DNA of 64,000 nt, the filler included, from Choristocarpus tenellus KU-1152 (lineage: Eukaryota; Protista; Phaeophyceae): NCBI GenBank assembly GCA_964200185.2. It is 14 parts of 14 records of this genome, joined end to end, with 100 filler letters (N's around TTAATTAATTAA, not from the genome) between each part and the next. Parts side by side here need not be neighbours in the genome. Positions count along the whole stretch, not along the records: positions 9,153 to 17,905 come from CAXNAD020004366.1; positions 18,006 to 21,088 come from CAXNAD020022441.1; positions 21,189 to 25,709 come from CAXNAD020014179.1; 11 more parts are not named here. One strand, given 5' to 3'. Below the pieces are notes generated by a model that had not been told where the DNA came from, ran no database searches, and saw nothing but the letters and a program-made list of their open reading frames with translations. How positions within the stretch are numbered: position 1 is the first letter of the stretch; the number at the start of each line of letters is the position of its first letter. Made by a program: the position numbers and the translations under genes. Below are positions 10,462 to 23,400 of the stretch, one piece after another.

Positions 10462-13400
10462 TGTGTTTGAAACACTGAAGTATGAAACAGCAGAAAAACA
10501 ACAGTAATCACATCTATGGTACTGAAAAGTTCTATTGTTCCTCCAAGAAGCAAACATATTGCTGACAAATACATTGTAGACTTTGCTTTGAAGAAAAATA
10601 GATGTATGCTCCATAAAAGCAATGTCCTTTGCTTCACGCAAGACTCTGTATGGTGGATCATACTGTGGGTGCAAGGATATCGAATGAAGAGAACAAACAA
10701 GACTGCAGCACACTATCAATACCAAGTTGCAAAAGAAGGAAAATACATTTATATTGATTGGACTAGATTGAGCGATATAAAATATATATTTTTTTAGAAT
10801 ACCGATATTGATAAACACTTCAACAACACAAGTCTGAGGGGCATTCTCATGACCCAAGAATCTTGACTTATCGCTTGATTAGGGCAGAACAAACAGGAGG
10901 GAAGGAGGGAAGGGAGCAAGGGATTGATCTAGTGAGATGGCAACTACTTTTGCAAAGCAAAAAAAATTATTTGGTAGATAGCAACGATAAGAAGTATAGC
11001 CTTTGAGACCAGCAGCATACATGCATGCACCCATTCAGAAATAGGTTCAACTTATTCAGTTTTCCTGTTACTAGATGGAGGTTGAAGTATCGTTTGCGCT
11101 ATAGCTCTGCAAGTACTTTTAAAGTATATCCCACCACAGTGATGTGATACCGATTTCAGTTGCTACCATTATGGCTCTGCCTTTTCTGAACGGAAGATAC
11201 TGAAGAGAAATTAAAGAGGTTCTGCACGTAATATAGCTAAAACACATGTACCCAACAACTAGCTGGGATGGTGTTTAGCATACGGGTATATTTCATGGAC
11301 TCCAAAGCTCGACTGACTGGAAATCCAACGTAGGTGGTGGGTGTGGTCGGATGGTCTTATAATCTGTTTTGATTGAGGGTGGAAAATACATAACCATTCA
11401 AAATTATTGGTGAAGACCTTCCCTTGCAGGTTTGACCTTGGGTTATCATTTGAAAGATATGGCTGAATGTAGTTGTTGGCACAGGGGGATTGTGGGTGAT
11501 CTTAATGCAAATCAAGAGAGTAGGGTCTGCATACAATTAACACTAAGTGGTGCACACATTACAGATAGATTATGTGTCTAGTGGCAGGCTAATCTGCGAC
11601 AGAAAAGCAGCTGCTTTGGAGGGGGGGGGAAATTGCTTGGGTCTCATAGAGTCTTTGGGAAGCGTCAGCTCAAAGTACTTTACATACATAGAGGATGCGT
11701 AAAATCAGAGTAGCAAGGTAAAGCAATAGCTCTAAGAGTGGCTCCTGCAATGCACTGTGATATAAAGCATTACGATACTAATGGGACTGTAGATCTCTAT
11801 AAAGGTTGTTCTTAACTGTAGTGAACCTGTCATACTCTCAACGAACCCTCGTTGAGCTGACTTATACCCATTTTTCTAACAACAATCACCATGGATAAAG
11901 ATAGCACAATTATAACCACATTCCCTCTTGTAATTTTTCATCAGGAAGCTCCTTTTGTATTGTCATAAAACTCTATTGTAGTCCACTACGGCAGCCTTTG
12001 AACCTAGCTATAGTTGCGCATTCGGTACAATAGAGTTAAGCCCCGTCTGGTTGATGAAGGTGTTGCTCTTTCCAGCAAGGATATGAACGACCAACACGCA
12101 CAGTCCCTCCTTTGTTTGGACAAGTGTGGAACTACTTTAGACTGTGTGTGGTCGGAAAGCCGTCGCCCGTCAGTTTCGTTCAGTGAAGTGATCTCTTACC
12201 GTGTATGGTTAGGTGCGTGAAACAAGAATTAGACTGGCGCGGAGCGGGGCTCTACAGAAAATCTTGACAGTGTCATGTAGGTAGGTTTCTCGAGATGAGG
12301 AAGGCACAATATTTGATGCTCTGTCAATGTGGGTTCGCTTGGAAATGCGTAGAAAACAACAGCAATCAGCGCAGCTTTAATCACTATCTATCAAGCCATA
12401 ACCAATCACGACGGGCTCATTGCTCTAGCAGTGGTACGCCATAGAGGTTGTCCGTGATGGTTTCTATTCAACACTAATTCATGCACTTATCGGGTAGGTA
12501 TATCGTCGCTATCTCGTACTCACTATCTCGTCAGCGCTCAGATGCTTGTTTCCTCTTCTTCTCGGTTGAACACCATTTCGACGACTCGTCGTTCCGTACT
12601 CCATACCTAGTTGAAGGAAGGCGAAAATTCATTGAATTTGTCAGAAATTATCAGTTTTACGACGTTCTCAAAAGTAAGGCTAAGTGAAGGTCGACACTTG
12701 CTCGGCCACTTGTCGCTGCTACTTCGCCTAAAGAAGTATAACAGCGAAGAAATAAGCCGTTCTCATCGCCCCTGAGAAAGTTCTCTATGCTCGTCTGACA
12801 AGGCCATCGTGAGGAGTGGAAGGGGCAGGAGGCTCTCGAACAAAACAGGGACCAAAACTCGAGGTCGAGCCCCCTGGGTTGACTTCACTTGACTGTATGG
12901 AATCTCCCAGTTTTGCCCATTTTGCAACAAGGATCGGCTATTGATATTTTTAAAAGACAGCTCACCAAGGAGATGGCCCGTTGTCCATGATTTTCCCGAC
13001 CTGGTAAAGAGCTTTTTTCGGTAGTGACTTCGTTCTTAGGGTCGAGTTGTGGTTTTCAGTACACACTTAACAGTTGTTTCAATAGGATGTGTGGAATTGT
13101 TTGTTTTGTCCCTTAAAGTCCTTTTCCATAGAAGGCGCTTTTTCGAATCAACATGTGATGTCATAGAATTATGTGTTGTGGATCTTTCAAGGGTTGCATA
13201 TACCAGAAGTTGTTGTACTAAAATAATTATGTACTCTACTTACGTGTAACCTAGCATATTGAAATGCACACAACCGTAACTGTTCGTTGAAGTATTACAC
13301 TCCTGCCTCTTCGTCGTTGAAATAATAACAATAATATAGATTCCGTAGTACAAATTTTATACACAAGACGTCTAATTTTATATCGAGAGTAGTGCGTACT

Positions 13401-15836
13401 TGTGAGTGTGTGTATATATATATGTACTGGTAAGTATGTGAACAAATAATGTGTATCTCAGTGGTAGGTCAAGATTGTATAACTGCTTGTTAGTGCACAG
13501 AACGTACATACATAGAACTGTTCTGCCATTCCCACAGAGGTGTAGGTATAACTCCACCAATATGTGACATCCTACCTCTTAATAATAGAGGAATCTCCCT
13601 TTTGTTGAACAAGAAGATGAGGTTCAATGCAGGAAGACTACCCATTTTTGTGACCACGTATACACATTTTTGGGGTGAAAATATGTATGATGTGGAAATA
13701 AATATAGACACAATGGTTAGGCTTAGATATCTGATCTCCCATGATGGCCACTGGTGTGAGATGGGAACAACCATGTTAATAGCCTCAAGGACACATTCAT
13801 TCACCTAAGTGGGGTAGAGATAATTGAACAAAACAGCGAGAAAGGCAAAATTCTACCCAATAAACATACACTCAGCTCTTAACATAGTCTAAACTAATCC
13901 TCAACACTTAACAGAATTCTTAATCACTCATTCCCCACCCCACACACACTTGCCCTACCAACAGCTGCAGCAGGAATACTAGAATTACATTTGTGTGCTT
14001 TGTAGCGAACCGTATAGTGGTAGCTAAGGGAAGATATTGCCACCAGGCGGAATGCACAGTTTGTCGCACAACGTTGTGAGGTGGGCACACTTTTTGACTG
14101 TCCAACCGTACAACAATCCATAACGGTGGTGACGCACATTGTCCATGACAACCAGATTTAGATACACGAGGTGTGTCCATCCATCATTGTAATCAAATGT
14201 TGCATTTCAATTTTTTATTTCTTCATGTCCGTGGTGAAGTGTACCGTTCACTGTTTTTTCAATCATTTTGAGAGCTCGAGAAACTATATTGACGTACAAT
14301 GAGGAAAGAAAGGCTCCGTCCAGTGTACATTGCCTAGGGAAATGGTGCTTCATGATTCTATCCTATTCGTAAGGATGCAATAAATGAATTAGTAAGTTGG
14401 ATAACAAAAAATGTACATACACAAGGGCAGCATGATAAGCTGCAATCGGAGACTGTCAGTGAACTACTTGGTGATGACGAAGATCTGCGACTAATAGGAA
14501 GAGCTAATATTCAGAGCTCATTAGCCCTTCGAACTTAGATATGGAGACCACTATCGGTCACGAATCAGTCTGACCGGGATACGTAACTAGTGCAAGTTGC
14601 AAGAGTTCACCAACTCTGGGGATGAGCAACAACAGGTACATTGAGTTCCTCTGCTGTTCGGTAGCATTGTATGATGTATATTGCCAAGGAATTCCCAGCT
14701 ACCAGTATACTTATTACTGTGTGGGAATGTATATATACCTGGAAGGTTTTCTACCTTGTTGGGGTGGTCTTGCTATGATTGCATCTCTTGCACTCAGATT
14801 TCCTTGGTCTGGCATTTGCTGATGTATTTTCAAGTGAAGTATGAACTAGTGGTCTAATCTATTAGGACTGGACGGACTGGGCATAAGAATTCTATCCATG
14901 ATGGGAGGACATGCACATGTTTGTGATCATTAACAATCTTTTGTTTATCCTTGTTGAGTGGTCATGTCCGAAATGTCCTCCACCTGCACATCATTATAAT
15001 ACGTTACAGAGAAATATTACCTGAAGGTAGTAGCCGTACCTAGTTCGCTATTAAGGATGTTGTGGTTGCTTTGTGCTGGTGAGTGTACAACCTCCTACGA
15101 GGGAGCATGTACACTGCTACCTGTTTCTCCAGTATATTCTTATGTATCCTCCCTTGCCTATTGCACGGATGACTCTCATATTATGTGCATATTTTTTGTT
15201 TTGGTTGTGGTTGTGGTTGTGGTTGTGGGTGTGTAGGTTGATATACAAGAGAGAACACACACACAGACTAAGCAAAAGGTATGATAGAGAGGTCAAGCGC
15301 ACCAGAACAAGGTTGAGAGTTTGTGCAAGCAGGGATGGCATAGGGGGGTTTCATTTTGTACCGGGAAAAATTACATCCATTATCCAAGTACTCTCGAGGG
15401 TGTTGCCACTCGATTGGACTACTTCCCCATGTCTACACTACTTGCACCATGCTTGCTGATGACCTTTTGTATCTCCGTCCTCCCAGTACTTTCTGTCTTA
15501 ATTCACATATACAATTTGTGCATATGGATATATACTCTGGAGTACACATGGAAGGCAAGGGGGTTTAAAGTCGCAAGGCAAATATTGCTCACCTCCAAGT
15601 ATCTACCCTTACCTCTACGACGATAAAATCTCGGTTGGAATGACAGAGTAGTGAGTTTGTGTACTAGTGCTTTTTATTTTGAACTACACTACCTTTCGCC
15701 AATCGTGATGTTTTTGCCACCCTTGACTCCTCTCCACACCTCTACAGTACATATACTTCCAGCAAACCATACGTTTTTGCCGTAGCATGCTCTCCCGTCT
15801 TGCCACGCATTTATTCTCCTTTCCTGAAAACACTAA

Positions 15837-15890
15837 TTAAGAAACAATAATCTTATTAAGAAACAATAATCTTATTAAGAAATAATAATT
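15837..15890. repeat. 19-bp minisatellite x~3 (TTAAGAAACAATAATCTTA)
   Basis: Units start at 15837, 15856 and 15875. Confidence 0.85.
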
Positions 15891-16817
15891 TATTCGTACG
15901 AGAAGAAATGTGCACGGTTTTCAGGTATTGAGTCAACCCAATTGAGAGGAGGGCAGGTTTGTAACCTTTTGCATTCGAAGCCATTGTTCTTACCCTGCGC
16001 AATACTCTCTTTATCTCGTTGCTCTATGTGTACGATAGCGTGTCCAAAAGCAATTCTTCCCCTTTCCACACACAAAGTGATACCACAATTGAGGAAGGCT
16101 ATTTATACAATTGTAGAAAATGGCGTGTTTTGTCCTTTCTTTGAATCCTTAAAATGTAACCCTCACTAATTCTCAATTGTTTTTGCTCATCACCCAAGGT
16201 TTGTTAGGTCCCTGACTTCTACTGCCCAGTAAGCACGGAACTAGGCGCTACACAGCGAGAAAGCAGTAGGTGATGTCTGGGTGGCAACAAACATCAGGAA
16301 ACAAGAGGAGAAGGACTACACACACAGATATTCGCATGCACACATGGATACAAAACGCGCGTTAAATACCTATTTTTCAAATATTCCTCGAAGACACTTT
16401 CACTTTATACATACATGTATGAGGTGATCGTGTTGTCAACAACTATCTCCAGATTCTCATCTAATAACCCTACTCACTGCAATATCACTTGCTCATTCAT
16501 GTGATGCTCATAGAAGCGAGATTGTTGTCAAAACTTAAAAACGATTACGTGGAAACCATGAGATGACTCCTATTATTGTCGTTGTTGAGACAGAGTTGAG
16601 ATACAAATGTGTACATTGTGGATGATACTATATTTCTGTACTATATATAAATCAAATTACACCACAACATCAATGTTGCATCACCTTGGTCAGGCATGAT
16701 AGACTGTCGATTCGTAAAAAAAAAGAGGAGTTTTGACTAACTTCCTTTGTGGTTGTCGGACCTCTCATAGCTCGGCAAGCGTCTAACCAGCGCTGCTCAA
16801 CCCACCATCTTATCGCC

Positions 16818-17882
16818 ATGGTGAGTCGATGCGCAAATCCTCGATCAACCAGGATCACCCTTTCTCGTTTCAGTTAATGCTGAGGTGTAGGATTGAATGG
16901 CTCAGGACGCATGGGGATGTGCAGGCAACTTTGTTGATTGTTTATGGATAGTGGGGGATCGTTCTTTGGGCACGTGGCGTGGTCGACATGCAGTTGCGGG
17001 GGGACGTTCCTCTTAATTGGCTATGGGGGTTTAGAGCATGGACTGAGGACCAGGAAGGTTGGATGAGAGAGAGATTGAGAGGGGTTGCAGGTCTTCCTAG
17101 GGGTTTTCAAAGGACCATACACATTTGGAGGGGAGACGTGAACACAGACTGTCTTTCATGCCAAGGCTGAGGAGTATGCAATCAAATATCGTTCATATCA
17201 ACGAATAAAATTTTCAAATCCTTATGACATGTGGCAGAAGGCCAGGTTCATTCAGATACACTCGCCATGTTTACGATACCTCAAAACTCTTACCCTATCC
17301 TCCCCACGACTACTTTTGTGATCCGTCTTTGTGACTCCTGAACCTTTCGGCTTTGCCATTCTTTTTTCCATTCTTTTCCTTGTCGAGGTAGGCGTTCGTC
17401 AAGGTCCAGAAGACCAAGGCGTACTTCAAGAGGTATCAAGTCAAGTTCCGCCGTAGGCGTGAGGGCAAGACTGACTACCGTGCCCGCAAGAGGCTTATCT
17501 GCCAGGTCAGAAGAACCTTTTACCCAGTATGCAGAGATGACAGTGCTTGGTCAGGATTCTCAGGAATGGGTTTTTCGTTGGCTATCCATTTTAGTTTGGG
17601 TCAAATTAAATTGCGGTTTTCTATACTGCTTTAAACCAAGGCAGCCAATGCACTCGACTCTGTACGATCTCTCTTACGACAGCATTGTAGCTTGCATTCT
17701 TTGGCGACTAACTCTGATATCCTACTACTCCTGGTGTCATGCTAACCCCCCCTCCCCATAACTACCTCGCAATTCCACAGGATAAGAACAAGTATAACTC
17801 CCCCAAGTACCGTCTTGTGGTCCGCTTCTCAAACCGCTACTGCTTGGCTCAAATTATCTATGCCACCATCCAGGGTGATGTG
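16818..17882 (+). CDS. RPL5: 60S ribosomal protein L5 (uL18), 5' part; exons 16818-16820, 17392-17505 and 17781-17882
   Basis: Spliced translation [77 protein letters not shown] boundaries are in phase 0. The ATG|gtgagt assignment is inferred. Confidence 0.96.
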
Positions 17883-19981
17883 GTGAGGAAAGATTCAGGA
17901 CCCTCNNNNNNNNNNNNNNNNNNNNNNNNNNNNNNNNNNNNNNNNNNNNTTAATTAATTAANNNNNNNNNNNNNNNNNNNNNNNNNNNNNNNNNNNNNNN
18001 NNNNNTTGAGGTCACGCAGGGAGGGCGGGGGAGGGGGAGGATTTGAAAGGGTTGGCGAAAATGGATCGATGAACAGTGGAGGGGCTGGAGGGGGGGGCTA
18101 CTCGGATTGGTGCGCAGGGAGGATCCAGGCATGGTGGAGGATGATACTCGTAAGGTATATTAACGGACTATAATAAGGCATCACTCGTTCAGTGGGTTCA
18201 GCAGATGTCGTTTATTTCTGCACTACCTAGAATAAGGAACCAAGTCGTTCCAATCAACATTCCATGTCACAATACAAGAAGGCCACAAAAACTACAAAAA
18301 GAAGCAGATCAAATACAAGAAGAGAAAGACAGGAAAAACATAGATAGATTCATAATATATCCAACAACTTCACAATCTTGTCTGTCCCCGAAGGCGCCAC
18401 TACTGCTTCCTGCGCTTCAGGGTGTATGGTCTGGCAGTTACTCAGATTCAGTGTGCTTGGAAGGCATTCCAGCAAAACACTATCTTCAAGATGAGCACTA
18501 GGTGAGAATATATCCAGATTTAGCACTTCTTGACATTGCTCCCTTCAAACTCTCCAGCTATATCGTCCAAGCATATCCCGGAATGTATCCCACAGTTCTT
18601 GGTTGACATATTTCATGAGATAATCTTGAACCACAACTTGAAAAGTATGTCTTGGGATGTCGTCAAGTCAAGAGCTAACGCCACCTAGAACGTGGTTCAC
18701 ATTACCAACAAAAAATTTCGGTGTCAACCACATCCGATGGCAATAGCCTAAGACACAATAAAGGATTGTCAACCACATCGCATGGATATGATATATCAAG
18801 AGAGATTTCATCACATTCTTGGAGAGGATATTTCCTACCTCGCGACAACGGTGACATTGATGTCAAAAAAAAAAAAATGTTTCCATACCCTCATATCGTG
18901 CACAGATAGATAATAGATTGCATGTCTTACGCGTTCGACAGTCCTTTGATTTGCGGGGACTTGTCAGGGGTTATAAGACATGCTAACTTATCTTGGTTCC
19001 ACGATGAAGCCGTGCTTGGTGGAATGCGGCCTTTGAAAGGTTGAAGGCGATCAATATCACTCTAGGAACCATAAATTCACCACCTGAGTCAAAGTAAGCG
19101 AGAGTTACCCAGGCTCTGGTCGTTTTGCATTATTTGCTAGTTTTTCAATTTTTTGCTATTCACCCTTAAGTCTATGGATGAAGAGCTAAGATTGACTCGA
19201 GAGCGTTGATTTCTCCATTGTTCGAAACCCTTTGGAAAATGTAATGCACGTCCAAGTGAAAAGAGACGAATCTTGCACATCTTTGTCAGCACCCTTTGAA
19301 ACGCAACTCTAGACACCTCTTGCTTACTTCGACTCACCTCACACACTTAAAGGAGTTCTTAAATCAAGCACGGAGTAGCTAAGGCTGTATTTATTTATTT
19401 TCATCAACTGTACGTACCTCCACGGTGTGGGAGGTAACTTCGGTATGCTTGCAATCAAGAGGGTAGTGTTTTGATGCATGACAGGACACATAAATGTACC
19501 ACTTGCTGACTTTAATTTTCCCCTAACCCGGAGATTATGATCACGCCTATCACGACTTGTTTGTATCACTACCTTTTCCCTGTCTTGTCCATGCCCCTCT
19601 CCCTCAGGGGGGAGCTATCGGACAAGGCGACAGAGCTAACCGGTTACACCACCTCAGAGCTGCAGTGAGTATTGAATTTCTTGGGGTACGATAATTGGCA
19701 TTGTTGGGTGTCTTGAAACAAGCTTATGAGCGCCGTGTGTCTGTTGATTTCAAGGAGAAGTGCTTCTGCTTCCCTCTTCTGGCATAGTGCACCAAACACA
19801 GTCCATCTCCTAGGTCTTAATAGAAAAGAAGCACCAAAAACTCAAAACAATGTTTGCTACGATTATCGATGATGTACTACGAACAGAGAAAAAAAAAAAA
19901 ACTGTACTTGGCATAGAGTACAATGACAGCTCTTGTACCACCGCTTTCTGACCAGTGCAACCACTGTGTTCTCTTTCAGAA

Positions 19982-20254
19982 GAGCCAAAGTATCTTAGAC
20001 GGTAGAGGCGCGTCCATTTGGGGGACAAAATCCAATGTTGTGATTTTTTTTTTAATGTAATGTTGGCTATCGTGTTTGATAGGAAGTGCCAATATCCTTG
20101 TTCAGGGTACACCTTTTCGTCACATACACATTTTACCTACTCCGACACATTTCGCAGTAGGAAAATGTCAGAAAAAAAAACTAACGAGGGAAGCCAAGCC
20201 TCGAATGGACAAACAGGGCAAAACTCGTACCCTAACCCTAAGACACTTTCACTC
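19982..20254 (+). mobile_element. MITE family B, full length
   Basis: GAGCCAAAGTATCTTAGAC ... CCCTAAGACACTTTCACTC. Flanks AGAA/AGTA may be a 4-bp TSD with one mismatch. Confidence 0.88.
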
Positions 20255-20921
20255 AGTATGAGTACGAATCAAACCACAATCCTTAAGAAGAAAAAAAATA
20301 GTACTGTGCAAGAAGTATGCCCTGTTGCGATCCCACCCCCTCCATTTCATTGCTCATCATTCATGCAAAGGTGAGATCCCCAAGCTTAAGCTAAGCCACT
20401 TCCATCTGTACTACGTGCTCCTGGTGCCCCCTAATCCGACCTAATGAGCCCCCACTTATCAAGACCCTTTTGATGCAAGAGAGGTCATTGTACATTTAAT
20501 CACTTATCAAGGGGGGAAAAATATATTGCAGTAACAAAAAAAAATAATAGGACAAAGCGTTTGAGGATATGATAAACAAACCAATGTTTGAATTAAATGG
20601 AGAAGTAGCCTACCTGTCTAGTTCAGCCAATGAATTGCCTTCAACCAGCAACCTCGCCTCTCAAAACCACTGATATTATATTATATATTATCACAAAAAC
20701 CACCATTTAACTTGATTGATATTAACCTGTGCTTTTGCCTGTAAGCAGAGATGAGGGCAAGCAGTATCCTATTCCCAACGTACTGACCACAAAGACGTTT
20801 CAGGGATGTGAGCTTGATATGTACAATCTGGGATTGATGCACCATCACCCTTGTCAGTTGGTGATATTGGTGCCTCGCTACACCCTATGGACTGTTGTCA
20901 TTAGCCCTAACCCTAACTTGT

Positions 20922-21088
20922 AGCTCAAATTATCTGGGGGGGGGGGGGGTGGCGGCTTTCCACTTGGGGTCAATTTTTTCTAGTCACAATATTTTGGTGA
21001 TTTGGTTGCATACGCTGGATGGATGATGTAAATACACTTTTCCTGATTTTGACCCAAATAGACCCCCTGGTGTAGACGCCGACCCCCC
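20922..21088 (+). mobile_element. MITE family A, nearly complete, cut by contig end
   Basis: Colinear with the 27031-27217 copy. Confidence 0.85.
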
Positions 21089-21188
21089 NNNNNNNNNNNN
21101 NNNNNNNNNNNNNNNNNNNNNNNNNNNNNNNNTTAATTAATTAANNNNNNNNNNNNNNNNNNNNNNNNNNNNNNNNNNNNNNNNNNNN

Positions 21189-21261
21189 AAAAACTCGTGG
21201 GAAGCCAAGCCCCGAATGGACAAATAGGGCAAAACTCGTACCCTCTAAGATACTTTCACTC
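21189..21261 (+). mobile_element. MITE family B right end (contig start)
   Basis: CCCCGAATGGACAAATAGGGCAAAACTCGTACCCTCTAAGATACTTTCACTC. Confidence 0.85.
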
Positions 21262-21358
21262 AACACTGTATCTCTCCACTATGCTGACTTGGTTCTTCTT
21301 ATGTCCACCTAGCAAGTCCAGCACTTCGCCTTTCTGGGTCAAAGATGATCGTTTCTGC

Positions 21359-21668
21359 TTATTGGTGCCACTTGATATGCTTCCCCTTGCGCTTTGCCAC
21401 ACTAGACAATTCACTGCCCCTAATGTAGTTTCTGATACTTTTCTCCAAGTCTGACCCCGTGGTACACAGCTTTAACTTGTCAGTGATAAGGAAGCTGTTC
21501 CCAGTTGGAGGAGATGAAGTCCTTAACACAGTAATAGACCCTTCACCATTAGTGCTCTTGTTACTCTTCTCCTCCTCGAAGGTGTGGCGATCAAAGAACA
21601 GTCTCTTCATCTCGTAGTCCCCACCCAGATCCATGATGCCACAAATTCCATGAAGGTAGTATCCACAC
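21359..21668 (-). CDS. Probable terminal exon of an unidentified protein
   Basis: TAG acceptor followed by an open frame CGYYLHGICGIMDLGGDYEMKRLFFDRH...HIKWHQ*. Confidence 0.35.
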
Positions 21669-22096
21669 CTATATTTATGCGAAGTGAAGTGTGGTGGTCC
21701 TGCTGTGATACCAGGAATATGACGGTGGCTATTCGCTGCACATGAGATAGTCAAAGTATGGGGGATGTACACGGAAAGGTATCTGTTCGATATAATTAAA
21801 TCATGTGTACGGTACAAAATTGAGAAGAATATTTGTTCCAAGTCAATATCTCACGCCGTATTGCGTGAAATTCCTTATTTAACTATGCCTTAAAATGGTA
21901 CTACCTCTGTAGTCTAAACGTTCCTATTATTTTAGGGGACGTTAGAGATTACTGTGAAGTTTTCAAAAGCATCTCAGAATAGTAACGATTTCAGAGTAAT
22001 CATTTCCATTATTTCAATTTGTAGTCATACAGTTCTGGTGATGGTGGAACACTTGAAAAAAAAGTTACACTTTATATCAGATTGTATCAACTACCA

Positions 22097-22188
22097 TATA
22101 TTATTATTATGCACTCTGACATTTTGGAGATGTGTCAGGGGGGAAACCAATGAAAACTATATATTATATGCATCTCGTTATTAGCCCT
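22097..22188. repeat. Dispersed repeat family C (also 58488-58619, 60604-60660, 61704-61787 and 61935-61988)
   Basis: Shared core ATCT(G/C)CAAAATGTCAGAGGGCATAATAATAA, often next to TAGTTTTCATTGGTTTCCCCCCTGACAC, in both orientations. Confidence 0.8.
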
Positions 22189-22662
22189 CCCATATCAAAC
22201 GCCTCTCCTTCTTAGACCCTCAGTACAATATCGGGTGGGCGGTTATCCTGGACAGATTGGTGACATTGACAAGTACAACAGGGGTATTCTGCATGAGGAA
22301 ACTGATGGTGATCACCCCCCCAGTCTAATTCGTCCCGTGAGAGGATATCATTTGACCGAGTGAACGCGCACCCTCACGTGTAGTAACACAATTTTTTGTG
22401 AGTACACCCGCCGTCAATATTATTGTTCTGAAAAGTATAATGATATGCAGAGTACAGTATTAGTACTACTAATACCACATAATATCACTGTGCCCTTTGA
22501 AATTTTGCATGTATGTGTCAGAATCAAACCAATCGAGATGTGGGCAGGTAGGTCTGTGCACACCTTTTTTTGCTGCATTATAAGCCATCTTTCTTACCCC
22601 GTGCAACACACAAATACACTCTATTTCGTTGCGTTATGTACTTTTACAATAGTGTACACAAA

Positions 22663-22745
22663 GGCTCAAGTATCTGTGTGTGTGTGGCGGCTGTCCATTT
22701 GGGGCCATTTTTTTTATGTCGTGATTTTTGGGTGATTTGGTTGTC
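22663..22745 (+). mobile_element. MITE family A left half, with the poly-G replaced by (TG)n
   Basis: GGCTCAAGTATCT-GTGTGTGTGT-GGCGGCTGTCCATTTGGGGCC. Confidence 0.8.
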
Positions 22746-23104
22746 TTCTTGCCCTTTCTTGGGATCCTTAAAATGCAACCATACCTGCCTCTCAGTTGAC
22801 TTGTATCTCAAGGAGGGGGGAAAATCCAAGTCAAAAACATATGAAAGGGACTACTACTACTACTGTAGATACAACAGATCGCTGTCATCAATGCGAAGAT
22901 ACCTCCCTGAAATATTTATTACTTGAAAATTAACAATAATACAGCGATAATCCCCCTTGAAAATCATTATCGTTATTTAATGTGCAAACTGTTACGCACC
23001 AAACCTAGCCCTTTGAAGAAGGTAGTCAAGGAGCTAGGGAACGCATCCTAAGAATCTATCAAGCATGATGTTCCCCTCGTACCCAGTGTCTCTAGCTTGA
23101 AATA

Positions 23105-23400
23105 AATGCATGGCATGTCTCGAGAGACTCACTTGTGCAATGACGAACACCATCTACCTCAAACGAGGCTTGACAGCCCCATTTTGGCAATACCCCACAG
23201 CTCCTCTCCCCCACCCTACTGCGCATGGATGGCCAACTCGTCCAGGAAACTCTCTGCTTGCTTACCAAGCCGCCAAAAACTTCTCATTGCGAAGGTGCTG
23301 AGATTAAAACTACAAGGTCAAGAGATCCCTCATATTGGGTGTGCTCTTGTGCCTCAGATCCATAGATGAGTACACCATTGTGGATGAATGGGTCAAATGG
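23105..23400 (-). mobile_element. 3' fragment of an RLE-type (CRE-like) non-LTR retrotransposon, degenerate
   Basis: Across frameshifts it reads QYEGSLD..SFNLSTFAMRSF(G)RLGKQAESFLDELAIH, resembling the 'P.AMESFGRLG..A..FL..LA' tail of restriction-like endonuclease domains. Confidence 0.55.

Noticed and set aside
9544-12604. Possible minus-strand host gene (candidate exons ~12604-12524 and ~9668-9544)
   Set aside because: Splice-like boundaries exist, but there is no recognisable protein and no consistent model.
18380-19070. Possible two minus-strand exons (…PDKSPQIKGLSN/AHLEDSVLLECL…)
   Set aside because: Phase-compatible but unrecognisable, with upstream stops; support is insufficient.
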